The position numbers and the translations under genes were made by a program. This document shows, in pieces, positions 16,746 through 23,619 of a stretch of DNA of 24,000 nucleotides. The notes under the pieces are model-generated. The model was not told where the DNA came from and did not search any database. It saw only the letters and a list, made by a program, of their open reading frames with translations. Position 1 is the stretch's first letter. Each line of letters begins with the position of its first letter. Source of the stretch: Acidobacteriota bacterium (lineage in GTDB: Bacteria > Acidobacteriota > Terriglobia > Terriglobales > Acidobacteriaceae); NCBI GenBank assembly GCA_023410055.1, contig JAEYQK010000054.1, positions 24,758 to 48,757 of the forward strand, given 5' to 3'.

Positions 16746-16910
16746 CCATTCAAGCCCGTTCTCCGGTCTAGTGGAAAACGCACCCTCATCGCTTTCAGTT
16801 CCTTGTTCCACTTTCCGGAATTTCCATAGCCCTTTGTTCACTTCACGCAAATTGCTGCTACATTGGTTCCGTTGGTGCACCGTTCAAAGCACGGTATTGG
16901 CTTGAGTGGG
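16746..16910 (+). repeat. split hairpin: arms CCATTCAAGCC / GGCTTGAGTGG separated by 139 nt
   Basis: CCATTCAAGCCC (16746-16757) and TTGGCTTGAGTGGG (16897-16910) are identical to the two arms of the compact hairpin at 20014-20044 (minus-strand reading). Confidence 0.6.
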
Positions 16911-16930
16911 ATAACGAGGGCTAGGGATCC

Positions 16931-17017
16931 TCAGTCAGACGTCAGTCAGCATCAGTCAGATTTTTGCAGCTAACTCGTTTAGATCATCAGTGATAGCGGG
17001 AAGGTGGGGGGAGGGGT
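16931..17017 (-). repeat. ~90-nt 3'-UTR element, copy B (inverted relative to copy A)
   Basis: TCAGTCAGACGTCAGTCAGCATCAGTCAGATTTTTGCAGCTAACTCGTTTAGATCATCAGTG...GGTGGGGGGAGGGG. It ends 15 nt from the obg stop. Confidence 0.85.
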
Positions 17018-17031
17018 ACCCGAGATAAAAA

Positions 17032-18096
17032 CTAGCCGACCGTCCGCTCTATCTCTGCGCCGGTTGGCTCGGGAGATTGTGCGCGGAGGGTGACGACCTG
17101 TTCGCCGATGGCCCACTTCAGCTTGTCCACGCCTTCGCCGGTTACGGCGGAAATGGGATAGAGCGCGAGCTTCTTGCGGGTGCAGAAGCGCTTCAGCTTG
17201 GCGAGCTTCTCTTTGTTGGCGACGTCGCACTTCGACGCGACAACCATGACGGGCTTCAGTTCGAGTCCGGCGCCAAAGCTCTCCAGTTCGTTCATGATGA
17301 CGTTGAAGTCTTTGACAGGATCGGGGCGTCCGCTGGCGTCGGAGACATCGACCAGGTGAACGAGCAGGCGCGTGCGTTCGACGTGCCGCAGAAACTGCGT
17401 TCCCAGCCCGGCGCCGGTATGTGCGCCTTCGATCAGGCCGGGGATATCGGCGACCACGAAGCTAATCTGGTCTGGCTCGCTCCGATCGCCCAGAGCCACG
17501 ACACCGAGATTCGGCTCAAGCGTGGTGAACGGATAATCGGCGATCTTCGGTCGCGCGGCTGAAATGCGCGAGATCAGCGTAGATTTGCCGACGTTCGGAA
17601 AACCGACGAGGCCGACATCTGCAAGCAGCTTGAGTTCGAGACGAAGATGAAATTCTTCGCCAGGCTGACCGGGTTCATGTTCACGTGGAGCTTGGTGCGT
17701 CGAGGTTGCGAAATGCTGATTACCGCGACCGCCGCGTCCACCCTTGGCGACTATGTACTTCTCATCAGGGCGCAAGAACTCGTGAATCAGCTCACCGGTC
17801 TCGTCATTGAAAACGAGTGTACCGACAGGAACCTTCAGGACGACGTCCTCGCGGCTCTGGCCCGTGCAGTTGGAGCCGAGACCGTGTTCGCCGTGCCGTC
17901 CCTTGTATTCGGGATTGAAACGAAAATGCACGAGCGTGTTGTGGCGCTCACTGGCTTCCATGACGATGTCGCTGCCCTTACCACCGTCACCGCCGCTGGG
18001 GCCCCCGCGAGGAACGTACTTCTCGCGGCGAAAGGCCATGCAGCCGTTGCCGCCGTCGCCGGCTTTGACTCGGATTTTCGCTTCGTCGATAAACAA
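17032..18096 (-). CDS. obg: GTPase Obg/CgtA
   Basis: 354 aa. The glycine-rich Obg fold is [41 protein letters not shown]. GTPase motifs are [18 protein letters not shown] and SKCD. The start codon is TTG. Confidence 0.95.
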   Translation of the reverse strand: MFIDEAKIRVKAGDGGNGCMAFRREKYVPRGGPSGGDGGKGSDIVMEASERHNTLVHFRFNPEYKGRHGEHGLGSNCTGQSREDVVLKVPVGTLVFNDETGELIHEFLRPDEKYIVAKGGRGGRGNQHFATSTHQAPREHEPGQPGEEFHLRLELKLLADVGLVGFPNVGKSTLISRISAARPKIADYPFTTLEPNLGVVALGDRSEPDQISFVVADIPGLIEGAHTGAGLGTQFLRHVERTRLLVHLVDVSDASGRPDPVKDFNVIMNELESFGAGLELKPVMVVASKCDVANKEKLAKLKRFCTRKKLALYPISAVTGEGVDKLKWAIGEQVVTLRAQSPEPTGAEIERTVG

Positions 18097-18101
18097 AGGA
18101 G

Positions 18102-18129
18102 GTTCTCAGTTCTCGGTTCTCAGTTGCCA
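18102..18129. repeat. tandem heptamer repeat (GTTCTCA GTTCTCG GTTCTCA GTTGCCA)
   Basis: Four consecutive 7-nt units lie directly upstream of the obg start. No inverted partner was found nearby. Confidence 0.7.
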
Positions 18130-18200
18130 GAAAATGCGCAGCCCGGCGCGATGGCCGGGCTCGACATTCTTGCTTCACCCGAGTATTCGCGGTAAGGGTA

Positions 18201-18227
18201 GGGATTCCTCGCTGCGCTCGGAATGAC
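18201..18227 (-). repeat. REP-like family 2 (minus strand GTCATTCCGAGCGCAGCGAGGAATCCC)
   Basis: ATTCC/GGAAT arms surround GAG-CGCAG-CGA. A related sequence, GTAATCCTGAGCGCAGCGAAGATC, lies at 13691-13714 on the plus strand. Confidence 0.55.
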
Positions 18228-18301
18228 AACCAATCAGTATCCGGCTCGAAACAAACTCTTCCGATCTGGAAAGATCCGTTCCGATCCGTTTGAATCCGTG
18301 G

Positions 18302-18562
18302 TTACGCTTCTTTCGGTTCGACTTCGACAAACCGTCCGGTTTGGCCGCGGTCAACGAATTTGATGACGCCCGTAACCTTCGCGAACAGGGTGTCGTCTTT
18401 GCCGCGACCGACGTTCTCGCCCGGCTTGATCTTGGTGCCGCGCTGACGCACGATGATGGTACCGCCGGGGACGAGCTGTCCCCCGAATGCCTTTACGCCA
18501 AGCCGCTGCGCGTTCGAGTCGCGGCCGTTTCGTGAAGTTCCTTGTCCTTTTTTATGTGCCAT
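18302..18562 (-). CDS. rpmA: 50S ribosomal protein L27
   Basis: 86 aa, [31 protein letters not shown]... Confidence 0.97.
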   Translation of the reverse strand: MAHKKGQGTSRNGRDSNAQRLGVKAFGGQLVPGGTIIVRQRGTKIKPGENVGRGKDDTLFAKVTGVIKFVDRGQTGRFVEVEPKEA

Positions 18563-18569
18563 AACAAGT

Positions 18570-18640
18570 CCTAGTACCTAGTACCTAGTTGCTAGTTGAA
18601 CCCGTCCGCTAAGAACTGGGTACTAGGTACTAGGTACTGG
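18570..18640. repeat. heptad-built inverted repeat in the rplU-rpmA spacer
   Basis: Arm CCTAGTACCTAGTACCTAGTTGCTAGTT (18570-18597) and arm AACTGGGTACTAGGTACTAGGTACTGG (18614-18640). Both arms have 7-nt periodicity, and the complementarity is imperfect. Confidence 0.8.
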
Positions 18641-18645
18641 TTTTT

Positions 18646-19119
18646 TTACTTTTTGCTGCTCTTCTTGGCAGCCGATTTCTTTGCCGGAGCCTTCTTGGCC
18701 GCAGTCTTCTTCGCAGCCGCCTTCTTCGCCGGAGCCGCCGAAGCTTCGATCGCCTCAGCAGACTTCTTCGGGGCCTTGGCTTTCTTCTCAGGAAGCGCCG
18801 GGGCGTCGAAGGTCTGTCCGTCAACGCTGATCTGCGTGATGCGAACCGCGACGAACGACTGGCGATGACCGTTCAGCTTCTTGTATTGCTTCTTCTTCTT
18901 GTAGTGGAAGACCAGGACCTTATCGCCCTTGCCTTCTTCGACTACCTGACCGACCACGCGCGCGCCCTCGGGCTTCGAGATCTTGCCGTCGTTGGCAACG
19001 GCGACGATATCGCCGAATTCCACGCTGCCGTTCTCGGCCGGCGCGAGCTTTTCAACTTTGACGACGTCGCCGGGTGCGACGCGATACTGCTTTCCACCAG
19101 CGCGGATTACCGCGTACAT
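18646..19119 (-). CDS. rplU: 50S ribosomal protein L21 with ~55-aa Ala/Lys/Pro-rich C-terminal extension
   Basis: The real start is M15 of ORF 18646..19161 (MYAVIRAGGKQYRVAPGDVVKVEKL). The core is ~104 aa. The tail is ..PEKKAKAPKKSAEAIEASAAPAKKAAAKKTAAKKAPAKKSAAKKSSKK. Confidence 0.93.
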   Translation of the reverse strand: MYAVIRAGGKQYRVAPGDVVKVEKLAPAENGSVEFGDIVAVANDGKISKPEGARVVGQVVEEGKGDKVLVFHYKKKKQYKKLNGHRQSFVAVRITQISVDGQTFDAPALPEKKAKAPKKSAEAIEASAAPAKKAAAKKTAAKKAPAKKSAAKKSSKK

Positions 19120-19425
19120 ATTGTCTCCTCTGCCTCGCCCGCGAAAACATAATATTCCCAATGCCGCACGAGCCTATTGGCACGCGAAGGCAGCAGGCGG
19201 GTGGCCTCGTGTGATTATTGCGCTTGCACACCGACCGGAAACCAAAAGGAATCCCCCGAAGGGGGCATGAGTCGGTCACAGCCTGTCTGATTCTACACAG
19301 ACACGACTGCTACGGCCGTGGTAGTACACGCAAAGTATAGATTCTACCGTGTGGAAAGCAGAGCGTCAAACGGGAAAGACATCGGGCGATCTGGTGATCG
19401 GGTCATCTAGCCATTCAAAGCGACG

Positions 19426-21705
19426 CTAATCGTTCGCTTGTTGCATCGCTGAGGCTAGGCCTGTGGGTGCGGTCCTCTTTTTGGCCTGTATTTCGATATA
19501 GACATTCACCAGCGACACGGCGGCCGGTGTCACCCCCGGGATGCGCGAGGCCTGGCCGATGGTCTGGGGGCGGACGCGCTGGAGCTTCTCTTTCATCTCG
19601 CGCGAGAGGCCGCTGACCGTCGAGTAGTCGAACCAGTCGGGAATTCGGCGCTGCTCGGCTTTGCGAAGGCGCTCGATGGCCTTCGTCTGCTGGCCGAGGT
19701 AGCCGGCGTACTTAATCTCGGTCTCGACCGACTTGAGTTCGTTCCAGATTTGAGAAGAAACTTGAGGGTGCCCCATCCTTCGCGCAGCGAAGGGTGGGTC
19801 TGTTCTAAACGCAGACAATAGCGGCTTGCGATTGCTCAGTTCCGTGCATTCATCCGCAAACGAGTGAGCGCGGCTAGTGCGGGATTCGAAGAACGCGGGG
19901 CTGAGTTCTCGAAGAACCGGGATTACGTCCTCGATCTGGACACCAGGGCGCTTGAGCACTTGGGCCAGCGTGGAGCCGAGGGCGTTGGAAAGATCGGTCG
20001 CGTTTCTTTCATCCCCACTCAAGCCAACAGAGGGCTTGAATGGGCCACCATTGGACGAAGCATCCAGAATCTCTCCTTCTGGTTCAACGTCCGCATCGCC
20101 GTTATTGCGAACTCCAGACGCCATACGTTCTTCCAGCGCGCGCGCGATCTTCTCCAGCGTCCCGCTGTTGACGCGCGTCTTTTCGAGCAGGTTGCTGAGG
20201 GCTTTCATGCGCTCTTGTTTGTCGAGGTAGTCGGCCCAGGCATCGTCGCGGATGAGGCCAATGCGGCGCCCGTACGGCGTGAGTCGGCGGTCGGCGTTGT
20301 CGATGCGCAGGTGCAACCGGAACTCGGCGCGCGAGGTGAACATCCGGTAGGGCTCGTTGGTGCCCTTGGAGATCAGGTCGTCGATAAGGATGCCGGTGTA
20401 GGCCTCGGTGCGATTGAGCACAAGAGGTTCTTCGCCCTTGATCTTCAGCGAGGCGTTGATGCCGGCCATGATGCCCTGGCACGCGGCTTCTTCGTAACCA
20501 CTCGTTCCGTTGATCTGACCAGCAAGATATAGTCCTGCGATCTTCTTGGTTTCCAGCGTGCGCTTGAGTTCCGTCGGATCGACCGAGTCGTACTCAATGG
20601 CGTAGCCCGGACGCAGCATGTCGGCCTTATCGAGGCCGGGGACGGAGTGCACCATCGCAATCTGCACGTCGTGCGGCAGCGAGGTACTCATTCCATTGAC
20701 GTAGATCTCGTGCGTGTGGACGCCCTCGGGTTCAAGAAAGAGCTGGTGCGTCGCGTGGTGCGGGAATTTGACGACCTTGTCCTCAATGCTTGGACAGTAT
20801 CGTGGACCGATACTTTTGATCTGGCCGCTGTACATCGGCGAGCGGTGAACGTTTTCCTTGATGACGCGCTGCGTCTCTTCGGTGGTAAAGGCGATGTAGC
20901 ACGGCACCTGAGCGTCGTGGTGCGTCACGCGGCGGGTGCGGAAGCTAAACGGCGTCGGGTCGGCATCGCCCGGTTGGACCTTGAACACGCTCCAATCGAT
21001 CGTGCGACCGTCGAGACGTGGAGGCGTGCCCGTCTTGAGGCGCACGACGCGGAAGCCCAATCGCCGTAGATGCTCTCCCAGCAATTGCGAAGGCGATTCA
21101 CCGCTGCGTCCGGCGGGATACTGCTGCTCACCGCAGTGGATCAGCCCGTTGAGGAACGTGCCCGTCGTAATGATCACGGCCTCAGCGCGAACTAGACGGC
21201 CGTCGCGCAGCTTTACGCCACGAAGAATCAGTGGCGAGTGGTTAGTGGCGAGTGGCGAGTCGTCTGCTGCGTCTTGCTGGCCACTGGCCACTGAGCACTG
21301 GCCACTTTCTTCTGTAATCAATTCCGCCACTTCTGCCTGCTTTACGTGCAGATTGGGCTCGCTCTCGAGCAGCTCTTTCATCTTCAGGCGGTACTGCTGC
21401 TTGTCACACTGGGCGCGGGGAGACCAGACGGCGGGACCGCGCGACGTATTCAGCAGACGGAACTGGATGCCGACCGCGTCGGTCACCTCGCCCATGATCC
21501 CGCCAAGCGCGTCGATCTCACGCACGAGGTGTCCCTTGGCGATGCCGCCCACGGCAGGATTGCAGGACATCTGCGCGATCAGATCGGCGTTGAGCGTATA
21601 CAGCGCGGTCTTCAAACCCATGCGCGCCGCAGCCATCGCGGCCTCGCAGCCAGCATGGCCTGCACCAACGACCACCACATCGAATTGTTCGGAGAAGGAG
21701 AGCAT
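19426..21705 (-). CDS. mnmG: tRNA uridine-5-carboxymethylaminomethyl(34) synthesis enzyme MnmG (GidA), 759 aa with three repeat-derived in-frame blocks
   Basis: FAD-binding N-terminus [23 protein letters not shown], plus [47 protein letters not shown] and C-terminal [18 protein letters not shown]. It is about 130 aa longer than E. coli MnmG (629 aa, from memory). Confidence 0.93.
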   Translation of the reverse strand: MLSFSEQFDVVVVGAGHAGCEAAMAAARMGLKTALYTLNADLIAQMSCNPAVGGIAKGHLVREIDALGGIMGEVTDAVGIQFRLLNTSRGPAVWSPRAQCDKQQYRLKMKELLESEPNLHVKQAEVAELITEESGQCSVASGQQDAADDSPLATNHSPLILRGVKLRDGRLVRAEAVIITTGTFLNGLIHCGEQQYPAGRSGESPSQLLGEHLRRLGFRVVRLKTGTPPRLDGRTIDWSVFKVQPGDADPTPFSFRTRRVTHHDAQVPCYIAFTTEETQRVIKENVHRSPMYSGQIKSIGPRYCPSIEDKVVKFPHHATHQLFLEPEGVHTHEIYVNGMSTSLPHDVQIAMVHSVPGLDKADMLRPGYAIEYDSVDPTELKRTLETKKIAGLYLAGQINGTSGYEEAACQGIMAGINASLKIKGEEPLVLNRTEAYTGILIDDLISKGTNEPYRMFTSRAEFRLHLRIDNADRRLTPYGRRIGLIRDDAWADYLDKQERMKALSNLLEKTRVNSGTLEKIARALEERMASGVRNNGDADVEPEGEILDASSNGGPFKPSVGLSGDERNATDLSNALGSTLAQVLKRPGVQIEDVIPVLRELSPAFFESRTSRAHSFADECTELSNRKPLLSAFRTDPPFAARRMGHPQVSSQIWNELKSVETEIKYAGYLGQQTKAIERLRKAEQRRIPDWFDYSTVSGLSREMKEKLQRVRPQTIGQASRIPGVTPAAVSLVNVYIEIQAKKRTAPTGLASAMQQAND
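19764..19800 (+). repeat. REP family 1, copy 5, inside the mnmG coding sequence (antisense to it)
   Basis: GAGGGTGCCCCATCCTTCGCGCAGCGAAGGGTGGGTC. It has an 11-bp stem with loop CGCAG, and in the mnmG frame it is translated as ..[13 protein letters not shown].. Confidence 0.85.
20014..20044 (-). repeat. 12-bp hairpin inside mnmG (minus strand CCCATTCAAGCC-CTCTGTT-GGCTTGAGTGGG)
   Basis: The stem is perfect apart from one G-T wobble on the mnmG sense strand (an A-C mismatch on the other strand). It encodes ..[13 protein letters not shown].. The arms recur at 16746 and 16897. Confidence 0.75.
21230..21306. repeat. heptad-built inverted repeat inside mnmG
   Basis: Arm AGTGGCG AGTGGTT AGTGGCG AGTGGCG AGT (21230-21260) and arm CTGGCCACTGGCCACTGAGCACTGGCCACT (21277-21306). 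About 25 of 30 positions are complementary. It encodes [26 protein letters not shown] in frame. Confidence 0.8.
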
Positions 21706-21837
21706 CAGCTAATCGCGAAGATCCTATCGAAATTCTACCGGAAGTCCTCCGTTGCCGCCTTTGAGCCCGCGTGCTATTCTGCCGAGCGACTCAGAAATCA
21801 TCTCTCAGAGCAGTACCTAATTGGAGGGCCTGTGAAA

Positions 21838-22350
21838 GTGCGTCGCCTGTTGTGTGCTGTTCTGTTGCTGTCTCTAGCCGTTCCACTTTGCTCCGCTGCC
21901 GATCGCGGACCGTCCACGCCGGAAGAGCGGGCGCGAGCGGTTGAGATTGCAAAGAAAATGGAAGCAGCTCCGCTTGGCAAAGAAATCAGGAATGATCGGG
22001 AATGGCTGCTTATGTTTGCCATTCAAGTTCCCGACATATCGGTTAAGATTTGCCCCAGCCCTCTTTACGATGTCCTTCCGAAGAAGTACAAGTATGGACC
22101 AGAGTTGACAGGGCAGATGCTGGCGTCAAGCTTGGCTTTTGCCATTGAACATCCAGACAAAGCGAAGGATGACAATGCCATGTATCAAGCCGGGCTGGAA
22201 GGTGCCCTTCGCGCCTACGAAGCGATCGTAAAGCAGGAACCGAAAGGTCGCGTTGATAAGGTCGATGAGTTGATTAAGGCCAGGGACAGCGCGGGACTTG
22301 CAGAATACGTTAAGACGGTGGCGGCAAAGAGCTGTAAGAGTGACAAGTAG
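21838..22350 (+). CDS. small secreted protein of unknown function
   Basis: Only the distal part of ORF 21346..22350 is credible. A GTG at 21838 (or 21832) follows GGAGGG at 21823-21828 and gives MRRLLCAVLLLSLAVPLCSAADRGPS... (signal peptide). The upstream part of the ORF is antisense to mnmG. Confidence 0.65.
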   Translation: MRRLLCAVLLLSLAVPLCSAADRGPSTPEERARAVEIAKKMEAAPLGKEIRNDREWLLMFAIQVPDISVKICPSPLYDVLPKKYKYGPELTGQMLASSLAFAIEHPDKAKDDNAMYQAGLEGALRAYEAIVKQEPKGRVDKVDELIKARDSAGLAEYVKTVAAKSCKSDK

Positions 22351-22425
22351 ATTCTGTGTGCGAGTCCACGATGGCCTCGCGCCAGCCAGCCGGGACAGCG
22401 GCGCTACGTTCTCAGGCGGAGCCGC

Positions 22426-22863
22426 TCAATGTCCCGTGTGGTACGGGTGCCCTTTGATGATCGTAAACGCCCGATAGATCTGTTCCAGCAGCACGATCCG
22501 CGCCAACTCGTGCGCCAGCGTCATCTTTCCAAAAGACAAGGTGAAAGAGGCCGCGCGACGGGTCGCCTCGTTGAAACCATCAGCCGGACCAATCGCCAGA
22601 AGCATCGTTTGCGTGCCGCGGTCCTGATGATCGCGCAGAAAGACTGCGAATTCCTCCGACGAGACTTGCTTTCCCCGGGAGTCCAGCAGCACGACGTAAG
22701 GCCGGGTGCGTTCCGTGGCGATCAGGTCAAGCAGTGCCTGTTCGTTCTTCAGTTCGTGCGACTCGGTGGGAATGTATCGTGCGATACGTTTCAGATATTC
22801 GGCGGTGAGCCTCTGGATCGCTGACTCTTTCGTTTTGCCGATCCAGGCGATTCGAAGCTTCAT
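22426..22863 (-). CDS. rlmH: 23S rRNA (pseudouridine1915-N3)-methyltransferase RlmH
   Basis: MKLRIAWIGKTKESAIQRLTAEYLKRI...LLAIGPADGF...SFGKMTLAHELARIVLLEQIYRAFTIIKGHPYH matches the SPOUT RlmH family. ATG at 22863 is preferred over GTG at 22869. Confidence 0.9.
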   Translation of the reverse strand: MKLRIAWIGKTKESAIQRLTAEYLKRIARYIPTESHELKNEQALLDLIATERTRPYVVLLDSRGKQVSSEEFAVFLRDHQDRGTQTMLLAIGPADGFNEATRRAASFTLSFGKMTLAHELARIVLLEQIYRAFTIIKGHPYHTGH

Positions 22864-22870
22864 GAACACA

Positions 22871-22957
22871 TAGTACTCAGTACCCGGTACTCAGTAACCC
22901 AGTAAGTTCCAAAGGCGTCTCGATTCTGAGTGCTGAGTGCCGAGTACCGGGCACTGG
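22871..22957. repeat. heptad-built inverted repeat in the cytochrome c - rlmH spacer
   Basis: TAGTACTCAGTACCCGGTACTCAGTAACCCAGTA (22871-22904) pairs with TCTGAGTGCTGAGTGCCGAGTACCGGGCACTGG (22925-22957). There is a perfect 10-bp core CCCGGTACTC/GAGTACCGGG, and both arms have 7-nt periodicity. Confidence 0.75.
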
Positions 22958-22958
22958 T

Positions 22959-23423
22959 TCACTTCGTTTCCGCCGTAGTTATCTCAGATTTCAGCGACTT
23001 CAGATATGCCGTCACTGCCGCAGCATCTTCGCTCGTAAACCGATATGGAGGCATCGGTGGCCTGGGTTGCATGCCCGTGATGGTTTCGCCGGTGGTCAGA
23101 AACTTGATCGCGGCCTCGTCGGACCAGCCGGGGAGCCCGGCGAGACGGGGCGCTTGCTCGGCCCAAGGCATGGAGACGGCCGGTTTGAACATGACGGGCG
23201 CTCCCATAAGCTGCTTTTCAACCACGAGTTCGCCTTTTTCGTTTCGCGGAGTGTGACAGTCACTGCAAAGTCCGACGCCTTCGACCAGGTATTTGCCACG
23301 CGCGATGACCTCGGGGGACGGAATCGATGTTGGCTTTTCTTTGGACTTCTGCGAAAAGAGCGGCAATACCGATAGGCAACCAACAACTAGCACGGCTGCG
23401 AGTAGACGGAACTTTACCTTCAC
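22959..23423 (-). CDS. mono-haem c-type cytochrome (exported)
   Basis: Haem-binding CSDCH motif with a distal Met candidate (..GMQPRPPMPPY..) and signal/anchor KFRLLAAVLVVGCLSVLPLF. The likely start is GTG 23423, 9 nt after GGAGG, rather than ATG 23480. Confidence 0.8.
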   Translation of the reverse strand: MKVKFRLLAAVLVVGCLSVLPLFSQKSKEKPTSIPSPEVIARGKYLVEGVGLCSDCHTPRNEKGELVVEKQLMGAPVMFKPAVSMPWAEQAPRLAGLPGWSDEAAIKFLTTGETITGMQPRPPMPPYRFTSEDAAAVTAYLKSLKSEITTAETK

Positions 23424-23558
23424 GATCACAAACCTCCGGGAAATTTCGTTACGATGTGCGCCGGATCGAAGCTCCGGCATAGAGCCGTTTGATCAGGTTT
23501 TCTGAATCAGGTTCTTTTGAAGCAGATTCGATGCGGAAGGTTGTATGCAGTTTAGAAA

Positions 23559-23616
23559 CTGGCTGGTACCCGGCACCTGGTCGACTGCGTTCCACCAGGC
23601 ACCAGGCACTCGCCAG
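23559..23616. repeat. heptad-built inverted repeat in the rsfS - cytochrome c spacer
   Basis: CTGGCTGGTACCCGGCACCTGGT (23559-23581) pairs with ACCAGGCACCAGGCACTCGCCAG (23594-23616). Confidence 0.75.
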
Positions 23617-23619
23617 CAA

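Noticed and set aside
17001-17016. G-quadruplex potential of the G-runs (GGGAAGGTGGGGGGAGGGG, and also GGGGGAGGGGTGGGG at 8323-8337).
   Set aside because: In copy A the tract is replaced by a C-run/G-run palindrome, so the run pattern is not conserved. This cannot be evaluated without biophysical prediction.
18596-18868. Phe/Ala-rich plus-strand ORFs at 18596..18868 and 23489..23740.
   Set aside because: They are reverse-complement readings of the Lys/Ala-rich tails of L21 and RsfS (AAG/GCC read as CTT/GGC).
19120-19425. Ribosomal-protein leader or other structured RNA upstream of rplU.
   Set aside because: I could see only a short CCCC-CGAA-GGGG hairpin (19251-19262). The L21 leader I know of is from Firmicutes, and I cannot match it by eye.
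21346-21837. Upstream half of the 334-aa plus-strand ORF.
   Set aside because: It is antisense to the mnmG 5' region. A signal peptide preceded by GGAGGG begins only at about 21838.
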